Part shown: piece after piece, positions 57,243-64,000 of the stretch
Layout: every line of letters starts with the position of its first letter
Position numbering within the stretch: position 1 is the first letter of the stretch
Assembly (NCBI RefSeq): GCF_032191835.1
Contig: NC_083241.1
Span: forward strand, 1,178,001-1,242,000
From: Heteronotia binoei
Taxonomy: Eukaryota
Length of the DNA stretch: 64,000 nucleotides
Direction: 5' to 3'
Made by a program: the position numbers and the translations under genes
Notes under the pieces: generated by a model
The model's input: only the letters and a program-made list of their open reading frames with translations
Databases searched by the model: none
Told to the model about the DNA's origin: nothing

Positions 57243-57655
57243 CTTGTTGACTATTCCCGGACCGAGAGAGGTGAAGCTGCAAAGTACCCGTAACCGGGCC
57301 TTCTCCTCTATAGCCCCGAGCCTATGGAACCAACTTCCAGAGGAAATGTGGGCCCTGCGGGACCTTGAACAGTTCCGCAGGGCCTGCAAGACCTTCCTCT
57401 TCCGACTGGCTTTCGCTGATGAAAATGGAAATTGCTAAGGAAACCGCCATCATAAACATAAACAGCAAACATAGCATTAGCACTTTTACTAATTTTAATT
57501 TAATTAAATTTTTAAAAAACTTAAGTAGAATTTTTAATTAAAATGTTTATAATGTTTAAACGTAATTTTCTCTATTTCTGTATAACTAAACCTGAATTAT
57601 GTTGTTAGCCGCCCTGAGCCTGCTCCGGCGGGGAGGGCGGGATACAAATAAAATT
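57243..57655 (+). mobile_element. L2 LINE 3' fragment
   Basis: LLTIPGPREVKLQSTRNRAFSSIAPSLWNQLPEEMWALRDLEQFRRACKTFLFRLAF plus gccgccctgagcc..gggcgggatacaaat tail. Confidence 0.88.
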
Positions 57656-57969
57656 TTGTTGTTGTTTTTTTGTTGTTGTTGTTGTTGATTCAGCTGTGGC
57701 TGCTGTTGCTGTTCCCCAGGTGGCACTCTGGTCTTTGGTACATCAGCCCAAAAGAGGAAGATTGATCCTTTAGCGATCCCACGAGGGGGTGGGGGGAAGA
57801 GCGATCCTTCCAGAACCTCTGCGTGTTTCTGTTCTTGCCAGGGGGCTCCTGTTCTCTGGCTGCATGAGGTGTAACCAGGTCCTGAAGGATCTGCCTCTAT
57901 TCTGCAAAACCTAGTTAAAGAAAACCCCTCCCCTGTATCTGCCTTCAGGGGGCGACTTCTGATCTTGAA

Positions 57970-58123
57970 CAGTGTTCCCTCTAAGATGAGTTAGTGTGAG
58001 CCAGCTCACACATTTTTGTCTTAGCTCAGGAAGGATGGCCGCAGAGCAAACTGATTGATGCAGCAGTTCACGAAGTGGAATGTTTTTTTTCTCACGAGAC
58101 TCCACAGCTTAGAGGGAGTATTG
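57970..58123. mobile_element. hAT-type MITE (CAGTGTTCCCTCTAAG family); relatives at about 5107-5270 and 62248-62441
   Basis: TIRs cagtgttccctctaag / cttagagggagtattg; degenerate 8-bp TSD atcttgaa / ctcttgat. Confidence 0.7.
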
Positions 58124-58537
58124 CTCTTGATGTGGCCACAGCCCAGGCTGGAAACTAAGGAGACATATGGCTGGATCTGGCTATAGTTCCCCGTGGTCAG
58201 ATCACATTCTAGATTGAATTACTGCCGTGCACTTTATCTGGAGTGCACCAGAAGGGCCATTAAGGAAGCTTCGGCTGGTGTCGACATTGCATTGAGATTG
58301 ATAATGGGTTCTTGCCAATGGGGTGTCTGTCTTCAGTTTTCATTCGCTCTAGCTCCGTGCTTCTGGGCTCCATTGTGTGCCTTTTGTTAGCTCCCTCAGA
58401 AGCCGTTTTGATAGTGGAGGCAGGATTTAAAAAGAAGTCACATCAAGTTTTGCAGTCCAACCACATTGAGGACTAGATCAGCCCTCTGGTTTTGTTGCTG
58501 AACCTCTCAACTCTGATGTTTCTTCTTCTGTGTTCAG

Positions 58538-58622
58538 ATACCTTGCAAAGAATTCTTCCATGTTGTTCAGCGCAAGCGACTACGAGGTTGCACCCCCAGA
58601 ATATCACCGGAAAGCAGTGTAA
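58538..58622 (+). CDS. MORF4L1: MORF4L1 exon 12 coding part (YLAKNSSMLFSASDYEVAPPEYHRKAV*)
   Basis: gttcag acceptor, TAA at 58620-58622. Confidence 0.97.
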
Positions 58623-59291
58623 GCATCTCGCTCCCGTGTGTGTGTGTCACCGGAAGGGATCCTTGGATTTCTGCAGCTGTTGTGCCCAGTTCTCCGTTTG
58701 CCCACTGTCCCCGTCTCACACACGTCTCCGTGCAGTTGACGTCCACGTGTCCAGTGAATAGTGAGTGTGTCTTCAGATGGAACTGACCGCCCGCCTCAGA
58801 AGGACTTTTCTTCAGTTCTGAAATATCTCCAAGAGGAAAGCCTTATGGAGTATTTCAGGGAGTTGGCTTGGTGTTGGGACGTCCCTGGAAATGCAACAGA
58901 CACTTCATGGTTTGCGCTTCTGCATGCTTCTCGGTGATTCCTTGTTCATGAAACCAAGCAGTGAAGGTGTTTGGTAATACATGTTTTCCCGCACCCACCC
59001 TTGGGGGGAAAAACTTCGTTTGCCAACAGTAAAGAAGGACCAGTCACCTCTGAGGACTTGCTACTGGGGTGGGGATGGAGCATGTTCCATCTACTTTTTT
59101 GGTGTTGGATTGGTAAAGTGCGTGCTGGTCTAAGTGTCTGTGTTTTGCCTCCTTAGCAGCAGAACTGTGCATTTGTTTGTTTTTTGGCTTGGCCTTGAAT
59201 GCACCTTCTAAGATAGGATGAATTCACATCTTGTACACCTTTCCTGAAACATTATTGTTTTGTTTAAGGGGGGGATGTTTGCAGATCTCCA

Positions 59292-59297
59292 AATAAA
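59292..59297 (+). terminator. Probable MORF4L1 polyadenylation signal AATAAA (3' UTR about 58623-59320)
   Basis: First AATAAA after the stop codon, followed by a T/GT-rich downstream region. Confidence 0.7.
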
Positions 59298-59919
59298 CTT
59301 TTCTATTTCAGCTGTTCAGACATGTTGGCCCCTGTGTTGCTGCTTGAAGAGTTTTAGTTTGTCATAAAGGGAAGGTGGCTTTTAATTCCTGCTAAAGAGC
59401 AAGCCTCAGGGTGTAGTTCCCATCTGCCAGGTAGCTGGAAGAGTCACCTGAACTACACAGGAGAACACTGGCTTGTTCTTGTGGTGTTTAAAAGAATTCG
59501 AAACTGATTGTCCTTGAGATACTGAGAAGAACTGAGATTGTTACCTGGGGGTTGGGGAGATTGGTCTGCTGAAGGTGCTTTAATACTTGGTGAGTGAGAT
59601 TTGGGTTGGGGGGGAAGAAAAGATTGTCTTGTCTCATCTCCCTGTAATTCTCACAGCCCCCCCCCCCCCATTTAGTCATTGTTATTTATGTATCATCTGC
59701 AATATACATTGTGCTTTATCCTTATATGAGTGGAAAAGATTCCAAAAGGAGGAGCTTGTCCTGTGAATTTCAAGGGAGGATGGAGCAAGGAAGGTGCAGA
59801 CCACGGAGAGGGGAGTATTTATGCAATTAAACTGGGTTACGTTCTTGTAAGTAGGAAGGGCCATAAGTAGCAATTTCCCCAATGTGCAGAATTAAGAAGC
59901 TGAAAACATTAGCCTGGTA

Positions 59920-60252
59920 CAGGGGTGGCCAAACTGTGGCTTGGGAGCCACATGTGGCTCTTTCACACATACTGTGTGGCTCTTGAAGCCCCCATTGCCC
60001 AATCAGCTAGCTTGGAGAAGCATTCTCCAGGAGAGAGAAATGCCACTTAAAGTTGCTTTCTTTCCAGCTCTCTATCCCTCCCTCCCTCCCTTCCTCCCTC
60101 CCTTCTTCCCTCCCTTCCTGTTTTGCGGCTCTCAACCATCTGATGCTCATGTCTTGTGGCTCTCAACCATCTGATGCTCATGTCTTGTGGCTCTCAACCA
60201 TCTGATGTTTATTCTTTGTGGCTCTCACATTAAGCAAGTTTGGCCACCCCTG
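59920..60252. mobile_element. hAT (Charlie-like) MITE with an internal 31-bp x3 tandem repeat
   Basis: TIRs caggggtggccaaact / agtttggccacccctg; TSD gcctggta / gcatggta; ggctctcaaccatctgatg x3 at 60127-60225. Confidence 0.85.
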
Positions 60253-62549
60253 GCATGGTAGATGGGCATTCCCTTGTTTGAGCTTGGCAGCCCTCCTGCA
60301 CCCTTGCAGTCACCCCCACTTCATTGTTTAAAGATGCCTCTTCCAGTAGAGGCAGAGGCCAGCTTTTCAAACGCTTTCTCCTTTCCCATGGTATTGCTGG
60401 CTGCCTTGCAGTTTTTTCAAGCTTGCTTTATCTACTGACTGCTTGAGGCCCAAACTAGATGTGCATTTAAACAAAAAAAAAAATGCTAAGGGTAGGAAGG
60501 ATTGGGACCCTGGTGCTTTAACCCTTCCCTGCAACGATTTCCCAAATTTTAAATGCTGTTTGCCCCCGAGGGAGTAGAGGTAGTTTAAAAGTGAGGGAAA
60601 ATAGGTTAAAAAAAATCAGCGGTTTGGTTGTTATTTGTGCAGCTGGTAGGTCCCACCTTTCTAGAGGTGCTGTGTTATTAGAGTGGTTCCAGTCACTTCT
60701 TAGCTAGAAGCTAAACATGGAATGTGCCTCTCAGCTGTGCTGCAGTACACAGTAAGCTTTAATATCTCAGGTCTTGTTTTCCAGGCCGCACAACCTCGGC
60801 AAGGCTCCACTCATGGCGGCAGATGCCATTTTTGAAGTGGTCCAGACTGTTGTGCACTTTTTCTTGTGTGTACAAAGATCTACTCCTAATTTGATGCTGG
60901 CTTAATTTCAAATGAGAATTTCAAGCCATATGCAACTTCAAGATTGTAAATAGGACCCAGCTGGTTCGAATGCCCTTCAATAGCTTCCAGTTGGTTTCGA
61001 GTTTCAGTTAAAGCTGATAGTTTTGACCTTTTGGCACTGTTTTGTGTCTCCCCCCCCCCCTTGGTACAAAGGATGATCACATGGGACAGGGTCACCTTGG
61101 TGGTGGCCCCAAGTTCCAACCTTAGAGAGGTTCCATACCTCCTGGCCCTTTAGGCACCAGCTCAAGAGGGCTTGGCAACTCTAGAATTCATGGTCTTCTG
61201 AATCAAGTCAGAGTATGACTAAGGAATTAGGCTCCAAGGTTTACAGCCAAGAGCTTCCAGATATAAATCACCGGGGTGTGTGTGTGTGTGTGTTAGAGGT
61301 TGAAAGGAGGCAGCTTGCTAACTTGGCAGAGTTCACAAATTCATTTTTGGCTGGGAACAAGTGGCTGTGTGGGTCTCTTTCCACATGAGCTTTTAGAAGT
61401 AGAGCTTCCACAGTGACAGCAGGTCGTCAGCTTCCACAGATGCTTATAAATCAGGCGTAATCTCTTTTTTTCCTGAGGGCTCCTTGAGCTGGCACTTCCC
61501 ACAGTTCTCTGGGGACCACCCCTTTCAAAAGGCTAAAGCAAAGAGCTCAGACTGCCCTAATCTGCCTTGGCATTGCTGCTGTAAGAGCCAGCCCCTGGAG
61601 TGGCTAGTGAAGGGAACTGGGGAGGGATGATCCAGCAAGTACCACAGACCCCAAAACCAGTAAGAGCTTCAGAGGTCAACTCAAAGAAGCTGGCAACTGG
61701 GGCAGATATTTCAAGATCTCAGCAATTTATTAGCTTCTGTCAGCAACCGGGCAGCTGCACGGGTACAAACTGAACTTTTAGCTTAACAAGATTTTCTTTC
61801 TACCTTCATAGGGCTACTAAGGCAGCTAACAGATTCAAACTTAACAAATTAAAAACTCATCTTAAAAGCCATTCAAAGGCAGCCCCCCCCCACCCCGGTA
61901 GAATGACAATCATCTACTCCTGGGTTTACATCATGGAGGTGTGAGACCTCCATTTATAGTAGGAGCAGGTCAGAGAGAAACATCCCAAGAGATCCAAGAA
62001 AGTGGGTCTCTTTGAGGATACCTTTCTGTGCTTTCCAAAGAAATAAAGTTACTAAGTTAGGCCTTCCAGTGGCAGCTCTGCTTTCTCTGTACTATTTGCT
62101 GAGAATTCACTTTGTGCCTCTAATCAGCTGGCCACTAACAGGGCAGTTCTGAGTGGTTCCGAACTTCCAACCCTTCTTCAGAGTCCACTGAAGTCCACAG
62201 GCTTTGAAGGGTGAAATACTGTTTAGGGGAAGGATGAATATGGTTGCCAGCAAAGTTCCCTCTAAATTGCAGAGTCTTGTGAGCAAAAATTCTACTTTGT
62301 GAGCTATTGGTATTAGTTGTGAGCTACTGCATCAATTACTGTGCTCTGGGGTCATCCGTCCTGAGCTAAGACAAAAATGTGTGAGCTGGAGGCTAAAAAT
62401 CTGTGAGCTAGCTCATGCTAACGCAGCTTAGAGTTCCGCTGGTTGCCACCTTCATGTTTTGAAGACCTGCCAGACAATGTCAGATTCAAGGAAATTAAAA
62501 CCTAGAGGCATCTTGTAAGTATTGGCAAACAGTGAATATGTTTTCTTCA

Positions 62550-63490
62550 TTTAAAAGTTTATTTTGAAAAAAAACAATAGGGATACAGAAAAGATAAGGG
62601 GGGATTCTGCAACATACCTTTATTTATCATGGGCAATCTTATAATTTAGTGTAAATTTTAACTCATTTCAAATTGTCATACCTAATACATTATATGTATA
62701 TGAAAATTATGATTGGAAAAATATTAACTTTTAATAACATTAAATGGTGATTTCAAAATACTAAAAATTCAGCTTTAATATTAATTTTTCAACAGGACAT
62801 AACAAATTTATCTTTTCAAATATCACACATTTTATATCAGACATTTTAATATAAAATTCATGACATTTTCAAAAATATCTTTCTTCTCTGTAATTAGGTA
62901 AGGTATGAGGAATAAGCTTTCATATATCTAAATAACTCTTCAAAGGTTTTATCATTATTCTGAAGTAAAATACCCAGTAACATATTCTCAACTTTCATAG
63001 GAAATTTAAAACATTTTCTGGATTTCTGCATGTATTTCTCCACCATTTCTTTTTGCATGCCCACCACGTATGTTAGAAAGTTCCATCAACCTCTTTGCAT
63101 CTCCAGCAGCTCCCTTTTATAATTCTTATCCATCTTTTCAATATATTTTGGAGTGATATACCATCAGTAGCACATCTTATACCAATTTTCTTTTAATGCT
63201 TCACAATTCTAGAATATATTTTATGTCTATCAGAAAAGAAACTGTTAATAAAAATACCAGCCTCACAGCTTAAAAAAAACCTATAAAACATTTTAACTAA
63301 ATGGAAAGTTTGGGCTGGAGAGAGGCTGCAGTCAGAGAGTTCCCTCATCCAAAGGGAAGCTTTGACATCAGTGATATTAGTGAAACCTGAACGTTTGAGT
63401 TGGCTATGGCTTCCAAAAAAGAGATCCCACCAATCCATATAACAAGTAAATGGGATGAGGAAGATACTCAAGACAAGGGAAATAATAATT
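62550..63490 (-). mobile_element. L1-clade LINE 3' fragment (degenerate ORF2 C-terminal zinc knuckle)
   Basis: - strand reads WYITPKYIEKMDKNYK / GSCWRCKEVDGTF*HTWWAC with a frameshift and a stop; AT-rich 3' end with AATAAA near 62560. Confidence 0.8.
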
Positions 63491-64000
63491 GAAGAACAGA
63501 TACGTAATTCTACAGCCAAATGTACCACAAGATGGTGCTATTAATGTACAACTGAAGGCAGTTCTCACACCTGCTGTCTTGGCAAGAGCTGTATCACAAA
63601 AACATCTCAGGAGTTCGAGAATATGGGTTGAAGTCCTTCAGTTCTCCAAAAACCATCTGAAAAATGGACCATCCATAAAAAAAAACTGCACAAAAGGCTA
63701 ATAGGAGCTGCAATCAAGCAGACAGGAGGTGCTATTAATATACAACTGAAGATGGTTCTCACACCTACTATCTTGGCAAGAGCTGTGTCACCAAAAATCG
63801 GTGTGAATCAACAAGAAATGCTGAGTTGTCATCTGCCTCAAGTCTCGGCAAGAAGACTGGGCTCGTCCTGGGAGATAGGCCACTCCCCCTCCTGGATATT
63901 CAAGGAACCAACCCTGTTAAGGAGGAGGAGCCTATTCCTATCAATACAGGACTGTCCCACTCCAGACAATCGGAGAAGTAAATAAAACCCTACGTTTGAA

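Larger units (their letters stand above)
38668..58622 (+). other. MORF4L1: MORF4L1 (MRG15) gene, complete 12-exon CDS, 323 aa chromodomain plus MRG domain protein
   Basis: Exon lengths 40+47+68+87+81+26+89+102+89+173+85+85 = 972 nt. Starts MAPKQDPKPKFQEGERVLCFHG and ends EYHRKAV*. Confidence 0.98.

Noticed and set aside
59320-64000. 3' exons of CTSH, the next gene in human synteny
   Set aside because: I found no cathepsin H motifs (NSWG, CGLAACASYP) on either strand; CGLENKT* near 60780 is coincidental.

Overview
Vertebrate genomic DNA from a squamate reptile, most likely a gecko (inferred from the repeat landscape). It holds two divergently transcribed genes. ADAMTS7 lies on the - strand: coding exons 1-15 run from 33923 down to 1401, total 2355 nt (785 codons in frame), and the gene continues off the left edge. 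MORF4L1/MRG15 lies on the + strand and is complete: 12 coding exons from 38668 to 58622, 972 nt, 323 aa, poly(A) signal at 59292. I reconstructed all exons by hand with GT-AG sites and consistent phases. The introns are dense with CR1, L2, RTE-BovB and L1 fragments, tRNA- and 5S-derived SINEs, hAT MITEs and Penelope-type foldbacks carrying minimal hammerhead-ribozyme-like motifs. Main signals beyond the routine annotation: (1) at least nine tandem arrays built from defined end modules of retroposons (CR1 3' stem-loop 67 bp x13 and x16, CR1 about 130 bp x8, tRNA-Ala-like SINE head 137 bp x9, MIR-type SINE head 79 bp x15/x3/x2, SINE tail about 105 bp x7/x3), with identical junctions reused at unlinked loci; (2) MORF4L1 intron 2 is almost entirely a head-to-tail SINE train whose last tail runs into the exon 3 polypyrimidine tract; (3) MORF4L1 intron 5 contains a 63-nt in-frame candidate cassette exon and, 104 nt upstream, a 61-nt stop-containing candidate exon. 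Repeat family names come from pattern recall, not database searches. Coordinates were counted by eye, and repeat ends may be off by a few bases.
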